Virus record (IMG/VR): IMGVR_UViG_3300012156_000175
DNA length: 64,000 bases
Direction: 5' to 3' (one strand)
Origin: a virus
Taxonomy: Duplodnaviria; Heunggongvirae; Uroviricota; Caudoviricetes
The notes beneath the pieces were generated by a model. That model saw only the letters and a list, made by a program, of their open reading frames with translations. It did not search any database and had not been told where the DNA came from. Below, piece by piece: positions 1 to 9,778 of this stretch. The position numbers were made by a program, and so were the translations under genes. The stretch's first letter is position 1, and every line of letters starts with the position of its first letter.

Positions 1-80
1 AAAATGAGAATTTTGTAAACCTAAGAAATATAGTCAATAATGAAAAATACAAATCAGTTCCTATTGGAACAAAGCTGGCC

Positions 81-536
81 GTGGCTACTAAGTACTATCA
101 CAATAGCTGTAATGGATTGTCAGCTAAAGCGATTAAACTTGGTTTAGTGGTGTTTCCAAGCGATCGGGTTCCTCAGGCAATCGAAAAGTTGGATAAGGCT
201 CTCGAAGTCCTAGATGTTATGAAGGAACGAAAGATCAGAGGAAAGAAGGATCTGTTCCTGAATGCTGTTATATATTTGTCAACAAATGGAGATGAAAAAA
301 ATTGTTTCGACTTTGATCAGTTCCTTGCAAATTTAAAAATGTTTAGAAACATTGATTTTGACAAAAGCAGTTTTGAAAATTGCATGAAATTTGCAATTAA
401 GATTCATAACAAAAACGGTGAGGCTAAATGTTGTTTGGCAAAATCTATAAACGCTTATAATGAGAAAAAGGCACTGGATGTTGCATTTCTAAAACAAAAA
501 GAAAATGCCCTAAAAGCTATGAAAAAAGAGGGTTAA
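81..536 (+). CDS. hypothetical protein (GTG start; reading frame is open to the left edge of the window, so it may be 5-prime partial)
   Basis: ORF of 151 aa in the track. The frame has no stop from position 3 onward. No recognisable motif. Confidence 0.4.
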   Translation: MATKYYHNSCNGLSAKAIKLGLVVFPSDRVPQAIEKLDKALEVLDVMKERKIRGKKDLFLNAVIYLSTNGDEKNCFDFDQFLANLKMFRNIDFDKSSFENCMKFAIKIHNKNGEAKCCLAKSINAYNEKKALDVAFLKQKENALKAMKKEG

Positions 537-571
537 TTCTCTTTTTTAAAATGCAGATAAAAGGAGAAAAT

Positions 572-1012
572 ATGAAAATCATTCGATATTCAAAACACGG
601 ATTTACTCCACAAAAACAGACTTACCATATGGAACATAAAATATTGTATCATTTCAATGATTTTGATATTGATATATTTCCTAAACATTTAAGATATGTA
701 ATTTTAGAAACCCATGAAGCCATACTTCCTTTTTACCAAGAAAATTATAATGATTTTGAAGAAGGCGTTTGGGCTTTTATTGAAGGACATAAAAATCGTC
801 AGGCATTGAATCATTTAAAGGAAAAGATTCCTTGCTGGTCAGCTGAACTTCCTGACTCTGCACTTGTCTATGATGTAAATTGGACTAAGCAGATGAAATT
901 ATCTGATTCTGAATGTGAAATCTTCGGATGTTATATTCCCAAAAGAACTCTTGATGCTATAAAAAACATAAGGAGAGTAAAACATGAAAAAAGAACAAGA
1001 AGTGAAACTTAG
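572..1012 (+). CDS. hypothetical protein
   Basis: RBS AAAGGAGAAAAT precedes the ATG at 572 (internal Met8 of the 551 ORF). No recognisable domain. Confidence 0.5.
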   Translation: MKIIRYSKHGFTPQKQTYHMEHKILYHFNDFDIDIFPKHLRYVILETHEAILPFYQENYNDFEEGVWAFIEGHKNRQALNHLKEKIPCWSAELPDSALVYDVNWTKQMKLSDSECEIFGCYIPKRTLDAIKNIRRVKHEKRTRSET

Positions 1013-1112
1013 TAACAAGGATAGATTGAAAAATTATGAATGTGATGGACAGCTCTGCTTCGTTGATATTGATATGAATGTAGAGGAGGAACCGGTCACA
1101 GACAAAAAATAA
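984..1112 (+). CDS. small acidic protein (42 aa, MKKEQEVKLSNKDRLKNYECDGQLCFVDIDMNVEEEPVTDKK)
   Basis: AGGAGAG RBS lies 7 nt upstream of the ATG. The ORF overlaps the 3-prime end of the previous ORF and is followed by a rho-independent terminator. It is below the ORF-track size cutoff. Confidence 0.3.
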   Translation: MKKEQEVKLSNKDRLKNYECDGQLCFVDIDMNVEEEPVTDKK

Positions 1113-1135
1113 GATGCTTACAGGCATCTTTTTCT
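1112..1135 (+). terminator. rho-independent terminator (AGATGCTTACAGGCATCT hairpin plus T-run)
   Basis: Inverted repeat followed by TTTTTCTT. Confidence 0.5.
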
Positions 1136-1299
1136 TATATATAAAAATTTGTAAAATTTAGAATGATAAGCATCATTATCTATCTATAAATTAAATGGGA
1201 AGGTTTGTGTATTACCAGCAAGATTTTTCTGGTTAATGAGATAAAGCTATTGATGCTTTTGAAATAAAATGTAAAACAAAAAAAGCCCATAAAGCCTTT

Positions 1300-2512
1300 T
1301 TATAGTGGAAGAGTATTGATGAATTGTTTCTTTAATTCATCACTATATTCAATGTAGTTAGAGTGATTAACTAACTTATGTTTTAAGTCAGTGGAAGCTT
1401 TCTTATTGTTTTTTATAACTAAGCATTCATTTTTCCTCATATTATTTATAGTTTTGTATGCTTTATCCTTTCTATATCCACATAAAAGCATTTATTTTTC
1501 CGGCAATGAATTTGATAGAAGCTTTTGATGATCCACCTAAAAACATATAATCAGAAATACAATGTTCTAACTTATCTATATATGTGTCATTGTACTGTTG
1601 AATATTTTGTAAAAACAAATGGATTTGACATATATTTGATGGAACATGAGATATGAAATTAAATAGATTAGTTATCTCACCATAATTGGCAAATTCATCT
1701 AAGAATATCTGCGTTTTTAACTTTATCTCATCGGGTCTGTTTTCAGAAGTATACTGTAATATGCCTAATAATTGAGTTATTAGCGCATTGATTAACGGCA
1801 ATTCATCCCAGCCACATGGGAGCAAAATAAATAAAGCTGTCTTTTGTCTACAAATTGATTCAAGTTCCAAAGAGTCATTAGTTAGAAGCGGATTGTACAA
1901 ATTGCAATGATCTCTGAGAGCAAGTCGTTTTAAACAGGTAAGTATAGCATGCTGTTTCTTTTCTTGACTTAAATTACTATAATCATCTGTTTTCTCAAAT
2001 GAGTTAAGAATCAAAGAATCCAATTCTAAAAAATCCATTTTCAATAATTGAATTAAAAAAACAAGGTTTTTCTGGTCCCGACTTACTCCTTTGTTTTTAC
2101 TTATATAACGGATTAGTTGATATAATAAAATTTGATCTGCATGACTATCGGAGCCTTTCAGGTTGATATTTTCAGAACCATTTACTATTGCATTACTCAA
2201 ATTTTGCATATCAGAATCATTATATAGATACCGAAAGGGATTATACGTATCTGATTTTAATGGGTCTAAAACATTTAGAACCTTAATTTTGTAACCATGT
2301 TTTAAAAGAGTCATTCCATGGTTTTCCAACATTTCACCTAGATAATCAACAATAACTAAGCTATCCTGAGCTTGTAATACATTTGGTTGAACAACATAAC
2401 GAGTTTTACCTGAACCGGAACTTCCAACAATGAGTAAATTTTGAGAAGTTTTTATGTTTTGAGAAAGTATAGCAGTTTCCGATTTGTTTTTTGATTTTAT
2501 AAATTTTAGCAA
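1300..2512 (-). pseudogene. VirD4/TraG-type type IV coupling protein remnant (N-terminally truncated and frameshifted near 1472-1491)
   Basis: Walker A LIVGSSGSGKT is at residue 30, so the N-terminal TM region is missing. Walker B IFLDEFANYG and an HLFLQNIQQY motif are typical of T4CPs. The C-terminal 63 codons continue in a different frame (ORF 1300..1491). Confidence 0.5.
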
Positions 2513-2773
2513 TTTTATAAACCTCCATATTTTTTCTATATCTAGTGTAGATGATTTTAATTAACTTTCTACTATCTTCCTTGAAAAATCAACCATATTA
2601 AGTTAACGAAACAAAAAGTTAATTAATGTGGCTTATACTAGTATGAAATAAGACTCCTTCCTAATCTTTATAATTTATTAGATAATATGTCATACTATGT
2701 TTAGAAAATAAATTTAAGAAAAAGAGAGGAATTTACGATAGAAGTTAAAAATGAGAAAAAGAAACCGAAAAAA

Positions 2774-4432
2774 ATGGTTCAAAATGTAAAAATCATTCCA
2801 CTAGGAGGATTATCACAAATAGGAATGAACATGACAGCAATAGAAACAGGGACGGATATTATGATTATTGATTGTGGAATTGCTTTTCCAACAGATGATA
2901 TGCCAGGAATTGACAAAATTATTCCCGACACAACTTATCTTCAAAATAACATTAAAAAGGTGAAGGGTTTCGTTATCACTCATGGACATGAAGACCATAT
3001 TGGAGCTTTACCTTATATTATCAAGGAATTGGCAGTACCAGTATATGGCACAAGATTAACTATTGAGCTGATAAGAGACAAGTTCAAAAAGGAAAACATT
3101 GCAGGGACAAAGACACATGTTGTCGAATTTGGTGAAATAATTGCTTTAGGCTGTTTTAAAGTGGAATTTATTAAGACTAATCATTCTATTCAAGATGCTG
3201 CTGCATTAGCAATAACAACACCTGTAGGAAAACTGGTACATACAGGAGATTTTAAAATTGACTACACACCGGTTTACGGAGACAGAATCGATTTAACCAG
3301 AATGGCTGAGTTGGGTGAAGAAGGTGTTTTAGCAGTATTATCTGATTCAACAAATGCTACAAAGCAAGGATTTACTATGTCTGAAAAAATGGTTGGAGAA
3401 ACTTTTAATTCCATATTTTCAACACACAAAGACAACCGGCTGATTATTGCTACATACGCATCTAATGTTGATCGGGTTCAACAGATAATTAATACTGCAG
3501 CGGCATATAAACGTAAAGTCGTAATTGATGGCAGAAGTATGAAAAACACAATTTCTATCGCAGAACGATTAGGATATGTTGAAATACCAGAAAATACACT
3601 AATTGATATAGAGGATTCTTATAAGTATCCAGAAAATAAAATCGTAATTGCAGCAACTGGATCGCAAGGTGAGTCTATGGCGTCGTTATCCAGGATGAGT
3701 ACCGGAATACATAAATACATTAATATCACATCTAACGACATTGTTATTCTAAGTGCAACATCAATCCCAGGAAATGAAAAAGCTGTAGCGAATGTTATCA
3801 GTCGGTTATCGGAAAGACATGCAGAAGTTATATTTCAGGATACCCATGTCTCTGGCCATGCCTGTCAGGAGGAGATTAAGCTGATTTATTCTTTATTGAA
3901 ACCTAAATATGCAATTCCATTTCATGGAGATTATAGACAGAGACATGCTGCTAAACAAATCATTGATGGTCTGCAAATAGAAAACTGTAGTTCGGTTATG
4001 TTAAAAGATGGAGATGTCTTTACTCTTACAAAAAGCACTTCGAAGTTTTCTGGCGCTGTCCCGCATGGAGAAATAATGATTGACATGTTAGGAGCAAAAG
4101 ACATTGGTGGAAAAGCATTAAAAGACCGCAAAAAACTTTCAAATGGAGGAATCGTTATTATCAGCTTATCCGTTGATGCTAATACAAAAAAGTGGACTTT
4201 TAATCCGGCAATTACTTCATTTGGCTTATCTCGTTCAGATATATCCAGTAAGTTATTTTTGGAAATAAGAACAGAGGTTGATAAGTTTATGAAGAACAAT
4301 GAAATAAAGACAAGTACAGAGACAGAATACAAATCCTTACGGAACAAAATAAATTACTATATAGCAGATTTCATACATCGAAAAACACGACTTGAAACAA
4401 TCGTGTTTACAACAATTAATGAAGCCGGTTAA
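2774..4432 (+). CDS. rnj: ribonuclease J (metallo-beta-lactamase / beta-CASP RNase)
   Basis: HGHEDHIGALPY motif, 552 aa, and an N-terminal IIPLGGLSQIGMNM typical of RNase J. Confidence 0.9.
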   Translation: MVQNVKIIPLGGLSQIGMNMTAIETGTDIMIIDCGIAFPTDDMPGIDKIIPDTTYLQNNIKKVKGFVITHGHEDHIGALPYIIKELAVPVYGTRLTIELIRDKFKKENIAGTKTHVVEFGEIIALGCFKVEFIKTNHSIQDAAALAITTPVGKLVHTGDFKIDYTPVYGDRIDLTRMAELGEEGVLAVLSDSTNATKQGFTMSEKMVGETFNSIFSTHKDNRLIIATYASNVDRVQQIINTAAAYKRKVVIDGRSMKNTISIAERLGYVEIPENTLIDIEDSYKYPENKIVIAATGSQGESMASLSRMSTGIHKYINITSNDIVILSATSIPGNEKAVANVISRLSERHAEVIFQDTHVSGHACQEEIKLIYSLLKPKYAIPFHGDYRQRHAAKQIIDGLQIENCSSVMLKDGDVFTLTKSTSKFSGAVPHGEIMIDMLGAKDIGGKALKDRKKLSNGGIVIISLSVDANTKKWTFNPAITSFGLSRSDISSKLFLEIRTEVDKFMKNNEIKTSTETEYKSLRNKINYYIADFIHRKTRLETIVFTTINEAG

Positions 4433-4699
4433 AGGAGAAAATATTTCTGCAGAACTTTCGATTCTCTGAGAATTAACAAAAAAAGATTAAAAAACTTATA
4501 AGACTAAGAGAGTAGTTATACTCTCTTTTATTATACCCAAAAGAATACCATATTTTCTTTATGAAAAGATTGAAAGTAAAAGCACGTAATTTAATAGATG
4601 TACTGGATGAGTGCATAAAAGAAGAGATAGAATTTGATGTTTCGGAATATGGTGTTGATTATATAGAGGAACGCATCAATGAGACAAGTCAACACCTCA

Positions 4700-4897
4700 C
4701 CACTTAAAACCTAACAGATTTTGAAGAGGAGCTTGTAAATTAGACTTGTCGAAGTTTAAACTCCAGTGAAACTGGATTACGCTAAAGTGAGTTTGCAAAA
4801 GACGAGAGTATTCGCAATAAACAAACATGGTGAAGCATTGATACCATGCAGTCCAGGGAAAGCAAGAGTGTTGCTAAAAACTGTACAGGAACAATAA
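4700..4897 (+). pseudogene. IscB relic: omega-RNA-like remnant plus about 25 codons of the IscB PLMP domain (…GEALIPCSPGKARVLLKTVQEQ*)
   Basis: The peptide in the 4829 frame matches the IscB N-terminal PLMP consensus (PLMPCSP.KAR.LLK). The upstream 120 nt share GAGCTTGTAAA with the 5-prime part of the intact omega-RNA region at 58400. No downstream RuvC or HNH coding follows. Confidence 0.45.
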
Positions 4898-5057
4898 CTG
4901 GCCGCATCAAATTACTTAAAGCCGTAGAAAATCATTTTCCACTTGCAGAAGATAGGATACTTCTTTCCAAAGGAGGCCAAAGACCTTTTACTTGGCTTTT
5001 TATATATTTTTAAATCTAACATACTAATTAGATTAAGACGAATGGGAGGATAATAAT

Positions 5058-5366
5058 ATGGATATGAGAGCTAAGTTAATGAAGGCAGGGTTTCGGGTAG
5101 AACTTGGACAGCCTAATATTTCCCTCGAAGAAAAGAAGAAAGTTAGCAATTTCGTTTTGGATCCAAACAAGAACTATTACTATAGGGTTGAACAGCAAGG
5201 AACGGAAGGGATTAGTAGCGGTTTCGTGTTTTTATTACCCAAAGAGGCGCAGCTTGTTAAGAAAATCACTGACAAGTCTAGTTGGAGTAACGCCTATACC
5301 GACTATTGGAGTGGCCGATTTTTTATTGATATTGAAAATCCATTAGAAGAGCTGCCTTTTCATTAA
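5058..5366 (+). CDS. hypothetical protein
   Basis: RBS GGGAGGATAATAAT precedes the ATG. 102 aa with no recognisable motif. Confidence 0.5.
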   Translation: MDMRAKLMKAGFRVELGQPNISLEEKKKVSNFVLDPNKNYYYRVEQQGTEGISSGFVFLLPKEAQLVKKITDKSSWSNAYTDYWSGRFFIDIENPLEELPFH

Positions 5367-5417
5367 AGTTTTCAGCATGAAACAATTGACATTTCAGAAG
5401 ATTTAATTAAAGAAAAA

Positions 5418-5603
5418 TTGAAAGAAATGGGCAAAGAAAATCTTATTGAAAAAATAGAAGCAGAAGCAATTGAAGATTGTTTAAATATGGAAACAGTATT
5501 AAATCCATCAAAGATAGAGTTCACAAATCCGATTTCATCGGAGTTTGACCACATAACAGATGTGGTTGTAATCTCAATAAAATTGAGTTTGCTCGCCGTG
5601 TAG
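5418..5603 (+). CDS. hypothetical small acidic protein
   Basis: 61-aa ORF with a weak RBS. Confidence 0.2.
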   Translation: MKEMGKENLIEKIEAEAIEDCLNMETVLNPSKIEFTNPISSEFDHITDVVVISIKLSLLAV

Positions 5604-5816
5604 TCCTACCATGCTTGGCGAAAATACAGGACATAGTTACCGTACATATTTTACGCACATGCGGACTTGTTTTTCGTATTATATCATATGCAACCACCAA
5701 TATGTAGTCATTAATGTACTGCTCTACATATTATGTAATGCTATTAATAGAAAATTTATCACTTAAGAAGTGAGCGTGTTCTTCTATGAAAATGATAAAA
5801 AGGCCATATTGGCCTT

Positions 5817-6749
5817 TTATTTTTTTATAAATGTACTAAATTTAACTATATAATTTTTTAAATAATCCTGATAGTTAATATTTGCATACGAATGACTTCC
5901 CGACTTATAATTCACTGGATCAACATACACCCACTTATCATCTACTTTGCATCTCAACCACATATGAGAAGATCCTTGAAAATTACCGGCCATAAGTTCA
6001 TTGTATATTCCGGCTCCATCTAATAATACAGAGGCTATTTTAGCATAATGCCAGCAGACTCCTTTATTGGTATCAATGCAGCTATTTACATCACAATATG
6101 TATTGCTGTCATCATAAATTATTTGGCTAACTCTATCACACGCATCTATTATTTTATCATAATCATTATTTCCAACTACAGTTCCAAAACGTGTAAATAT
6201 TTTATTTACAATGTATTCACGGTCATATCGATATTCATCAGCTAATGTGGATGTTAAAAAGTCATTTTTTTGTATGAGCTGATAAGGTGCATTATATGTG
6301 CTTAAACGATATTGAACTGTATAATATTCAATAAATTGTAAAAAATCGGTTTGTGCATTAAATCTTAGAGTTTCTCCATTTTCATATTGAATTACCATGT
6401 ATTGGTATAAATCAGAATTCACCATAGATGGGTTGATTTCTCTACCATTATGGTCAAAGCTTTCGCCCAAAGAATTTTTTCCAGAAACAATAATACTGTT
6501 GTCATAATTTCCTTCTGTATCATAGATATCACCAAACTCATCTATATATCTTCCAGCTAAAACATTTCCTAAGTCATCTTTATAATACCACTTACCATTT
6601 ATTAATTCCCAATGATATTTATTTGGTGTTTCAGCAACGGAATCTTTTAGTAAAATGATATTGTTTGAATTATTATCTGAGTGATAGGCATGTGTTGTTG
6701 CATTAAAAACAAATGAAAAACATAAAATCATTGAAATGATTTTTTTCAT
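5817..6749 (-). CDS. secreted transglutaminase-like cysteine protease domain protein with a cell-wall-binding repeat
   Basis: AGGAGGG RBS and an ATG at Met26 give the signal peptide MKKIISMILCFSFVFNATTHA. NGKWYYKDDLGN is a CW-binding repeat. A C/H/D triad (GVCWHYAKI…H…D) fits the transglutaminase-like core. Confidence 0.6.
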   Translation of the reverse strand: MKKIISMILCFSFVFNATTHAYHSDNNSNNIILLKDSVAETPNKYHWELINGKWYYKDDLGNVLAGRYIDEFGDIYDTEGNYDNSIIVSGKNSLGESFDHNGREINPSMVNSDLYQYMVIQYENGETLRFNAQTDFLQFIEYYTVQYRLSTYNAPYQLIQKNDFLTSTLADEYRYDREYIVNKIFTRFGTVVGNNDYDKIIDACDRVSQIIYDDSNTYCDVNSCIDTNKGVCWHYAKIASVLLDGAGIYNELMAGNFQGSSHMWLRCKVDDKWVYVDPVNYKSGSHSYANINYQDYLKNYIVKFSTFIKK

Positions 6750-6867
6750 AATCCCTCCTAACTTTTTATAGATACTAGTATTATGAAGGTTGATATATAC
6801 ACTTTTAGATATTATTACTTTCAAACATCACCATAATAAAATATATAAATATAAAAGGAGCGAAAAT

Positions 6868-7389
6868 ATGATTAGCGTAGAATTTTATAATGTTTTGGGT
6901 TCAATATTGGAATCTAATCCTGAATTAAAGAATAAAACCCTAGAAATTAAAGTAAATGACCCTGCCATTGGCCCTGTTGCTGCAGTTTCATGTGATGGTG
7001 TATATCCTGGATTTGATTGGGATGCTGGAAGAATCATAATTTATTCCAAGGAAAGAATCTGGAAAGAAAAAGAGATGTTAGAGAAGTTAAAAAAGAATAG
7101 AACATATAAAATTATTTCATGTACAGATTTTGAAGGGAAAGAAAAACCCGGATACAAACACAGAGTCGGACGAATTGTGGCAGAACCAGTGTTAGATGAG
7201 CGCCTCAATCAGGCCTGGATGCAATATTTGTATGATAATGAAGGTAATAAAATGAGATATGGACAAATGTTAAAAACAAGTACAGTAAGTGAAATAGTAA
7301 GGACATTCAATCGAAAAAAAACAATGATAATCAAAACTGAAAACACTATTTACAAATTAGAGAAACAGGAGAAAAAACATGATAGATAA
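6868..7389 (+). CDS. hypothetical protein
   Basis: RBS AAAAGGAGCGAAAAT precedes the ATG (Met27 of the track ORF). Confidence 0.5.
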   Translation: MISVEFYNVLGSILESNPELKNKTLEIKVNDPAIGPVAAVSCDGVYPGFDWDAGRIIIYSKERIWKEKEMLEKLKKNRTYKIISCTDFEGKEKPGYKHRVGRIVAEPVLDERLNQAWMQYLYDNEGNKMRYGQMLKTSTVSEIVRTFNRKKTMIIKTENTIYKLEKQEKKHDR

Positions 7390-7558
7390 AACAGCGTGGT
7401 ATGATAACAGCCATATGAAAACAAAAGAAAAACGTGGATGTATTATGTGCGGAAAACCAACAGATAGACTGGATGTGCTGTCAGAAAGTTATGTGTGTTC
7501 AAAAGAATGTGATAAGGAATTCAATATCATGTGCGAATTGGCTTCAGGCGGAGAATAG
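7379..7558 (+). CDS. small TRASH/zinc-ribbon protein (59 aa)
   Basis: AGGAGA RBS. The motif CIMCGKP…YVCSKEC matches the CxxCGKP…(F/Y)CSxxC TRASH-like signature. The start overlaps the previous stop. Confidence 0.4.
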   Translation: MIDKTAWYDNSHMKTKEKRGCIMCGKPTDRLDVLSESYVCSKECDKEFNIMCELASGGE

Positions 7559-7700
7559 ATTAGTATTACGAATCTCATTTCAGATTACGTGCTAACTATA
7601 CCAAGTGATTAATCAAAATTATATTAATATAAAGGGCTTTATGTCCTTTTTTTATTGTGGTATAATTACTTGAGAAAGTAAGACTTTCTGATAAATAAAA

Positions 7701-8234
7701 ATGGAAAGAGTTGATAAAATGAGTGGTGTTTGTGTTGTTTGTGGCAAACCCAAAAATAAAAAGGCTTTTTGTTCCAGAAAATGTTACGCTGTATATCGAA
7801 CACAATGGAAAATATGTGTAGTATGTGGAAAACAGTTTGCAAGTGCGAAGTCAGATAAAACAAAATGTTGTTCACGTGAGTGTTCTCGGCTAAACAGAAT
7901 TGAAATGGGTAAAAGTAGTGTATTTAAAAATAATGTAATAAAAATGACAGCCGCTAAATCTAAATTTTATAAGTCACATAATGGTGAAAAAGATGTTAAT
8001 TCTAAATACTGGAAAATTCAATCTCCGGCTGGCGAGGTGTTTGAGTGTCAAAACTTATTTCATTTCATAAAAACCCATCCTGAATTATTCGAAGGGACTA
8101 CTAGACAGGCCATGGATGGTTTTTCAACGATAAAGGCTAGCAAGTTAGGAAAAAGGAAAAATCCGGTATCCAGTTGGAAAGGCTGGAAATTGTTAGATTG
8201 GAACGATAAGCGATTAGCAGAAATAAACAAATAG
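7701..8234 (+). CDS. hypothetical protein with tandem TRASH-like zinc ribbons
   Basis: Two ribbons: CVVCGKPKNKKAFCSRKC and CVVCGKQ…CCSREC. The start could be the ATG at 7719. Confidence 0.5.
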   Translation: MERVDKMSGVCVVCGKPKNKKAFCSRKCYAVYRTQWKICVVCGKQFASAKSDKTKCCSRECSRLNRIEMGKSSVFKNNVIKMTAAKSKFYKSHNGEKDVNSKYWKIQSPAGEVFECQNLFHFIKTHPELFEGTTRQAMDGFSTIKASKLGKRKNPVSSWKGWKLLDWNDKRLAEINK

Positions 8235-8349
8235 TAAATGTTTTGATTTTTTAGAGCTATAGTTATAGCTCTTTTTTATTTGAAGAAAATTATTATAGTT
8301 CCAAAACAGTCATACTAATTTGTGTAGAGGAAAAAAGGAGGAAAAATTA

Positions 8350-8844
8350 ATGATTCAAATTAGAAAACATGTTTTTGAAACAAATAGTAGTAGTACGCAT
8401 AGTATTTGTGTTACTAAGAAGAATATTGGTAAAATTAAATTACCTGAAAAAATTATGTTCAGTCCTGGTGAATTCGGTTGGGAAGAAGCAATTCTTAATA
8501 TGACAGAAGAAAAAGCATCTTATTTCTATCAGGCAATTTTATCAACTAAAGAAGAAAAGGATATAGAAACAATCATTAACAATATTTATTGTGAATTAAA
8601 TAAATATGGAATTGATTCAGAGTTTGAACCTCAAACTTTAGATAAATATGGTTTTCCTACAGGATACATTGACCATCCTTATGATTTAAGCGAATGGATA
8701 AATGACATGTTAAATAGTACAAAAAAATTAGTAAAATTCTTATGTTCTGAGGAAAGCTTTATAATTACAGGAAATGATAACAGTGATACAGAAATTGATA
8801 TTTCAGTTGATTACAAACACGACGAATATTATAAAGGCAACTAA
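8350..8844 (+). CDS. hypothetical protein, FETNSSS-motif family (paralogue A)
   Basis: RBS AAGGAGGAAAAATTA precedes the ATG. The N-terminal VFETNSSSTHSI is shared with the product of 11165..11686. Confidence 0.55.
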   Translation: MIQIRKHVFETNSSSTHSICVTKKNIGKIKLPEKIMFSPGEFGWEEAILNMTEEKASYFYQAILSTKEEKDIETIINNIYCELNKYGIDSEFEPQTLDKYGFPTGYIDHPYDLSEWINDMLNSTKKLVKFLCSEESFIITGNDNSDTEIDISVDYKHDEYYKGN

Positions 8845-8868
8845 TAAAAAGATATTAGGAGTTTCTAA

Positions 8869-9225
8869 ATGAAAGATAAAGTAAACGCTATAAAGTATAC
8901 ACTGGAGCACAGAAAAGCTTTCCTAATGATAGAAAAAAAACTGTTAGGAAAGAATACAATTCGAGGATTATCACATGATTTAGACAAAGTATTCTTAAAA
9001 CTAATTTTTGATAAGAATATGGTTCAGAAAGTACATAGAAACTTTAGTCGACATCATGAGAAAAGGGCAAAGACAAAGACAGATTATATCCAAATGATTA
9101 TTGATTGGGAGTGTGCGAGGTTTACAAAACCAGACAAACCTTTAAATGCAAGGGAAACTTTGAATAAATATTATCCTGAGCTAATAGCTATGGTCGAGCC
9201 GTTGTTGATGGAGTTGGGATTGTGA
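8869..9225 (+). CDS. small putative HD-motif protein
   Basis: AGGAG RBS. H…GLSHDLDK resembles a minimal HD phosphohydrolase signature. Weak. Confidence 0.35.
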   Translation: MKDKVNAIKYTLEHRKAFLMIEKKLLGKNTIRGLSHDLDKVFLKLIFDKNMVQKVHRNFSRHHEKRAKTKTDYIQMIIDWECARFTKPDKPLNARETLNKYYPELIAMVEPLLMELGL

Positions 9226-9301
9226 AAATAGGAATGTTTATAAAATAGAATAAGAAATTAGCAAAGTTGTATTGAGAATAAATGTCAAAAAGGAGAAAAA
9301 C

Positions 9302-9673
9302 ATGATAAGAATTACTGAAAATGATAAACATATAAAGGAAAAAGGCGGCGGCCCTATGTTTTTTGTCACTACTCTAGCAAAAGATGGTAGTGAACTAGAT
9401 AAGTTTAAATTTCCTGACTATGGAGCATGTAGAACCGTTGGATTTTTCCCTGATATAGAAGAAGCCAGAGAAGCAGTTAAATCGAATTGCGGAGATATTC
9501 ATGAATATTTATATGATTTCGTGATAATTGAAAAAATGTATCCGGGTTTCTATCCGAGCTGCATTGATGAGAATGACTTTGAGTGGTATAAATTTAATTG
9601 TGAAACCAGATGCTATGAAATATTGGAAAATTACGTTGGAAATAGTATTTCCTGCAATTTTGCAATAGGCTAA
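9302..9673 (+). CDS. hypothetical protein
   Basis: RBS AAAAGGAGAAAAAC precedes the ATG (Met11 of the track ORF). Confidence 0.5.
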   Translation: MIRITENDKHIKEKGGGPMFFVTTLAKDGSELDKFKFPDYGACRTVGFFPDIEEAREAVKSNCGDIHEYLYDFVIIEKMYPGFYPSCIDENDFEWYKFNCETRCYEILENYVGNSISCNFAIG

Positions 9674-9701
9674 TTTTTAATTTAAGCTAATGTTTTAGAC
9701 A

Positions 9702-9727
9702 AGAGCCTGCCTTTGGCTCTTTTTTTG
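9702..9727 (+). terminator. rho-independent terminator (AGAGCCTGCCTTTGGCTCT plus T7)
   Basis: Hairpin plus T-run. Same GAGCC…GGCTC motif family as the terminators at 15437, 31413 and 33399. Confidence 0.6.
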
Positions 9728-9778
9728 ATCTAAAATAAACACATAATATTATTAAGAAAAATAAAAAAGGAGAAAAAA

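Noticed and set aside
2813-4347. Antisense ORFs 2813..2998 and 3931..4347 inside rnj, and similar antisense or overlapping ORFs in the track (11794..12128, 13963..14256, 14695..15117, 15130..15545, 30237..30678, 32066..32284, 45344..45801, 50551..51038, 51694..51930, 53797..54003, 57873..58073, 58845..59773, 60533..60739, 62180..62428)
   Set aside because: They lie fully inside well-supported genes on the opposite strand or in another frame, lack RBSs and have atypical composition. They are treated as spurious.
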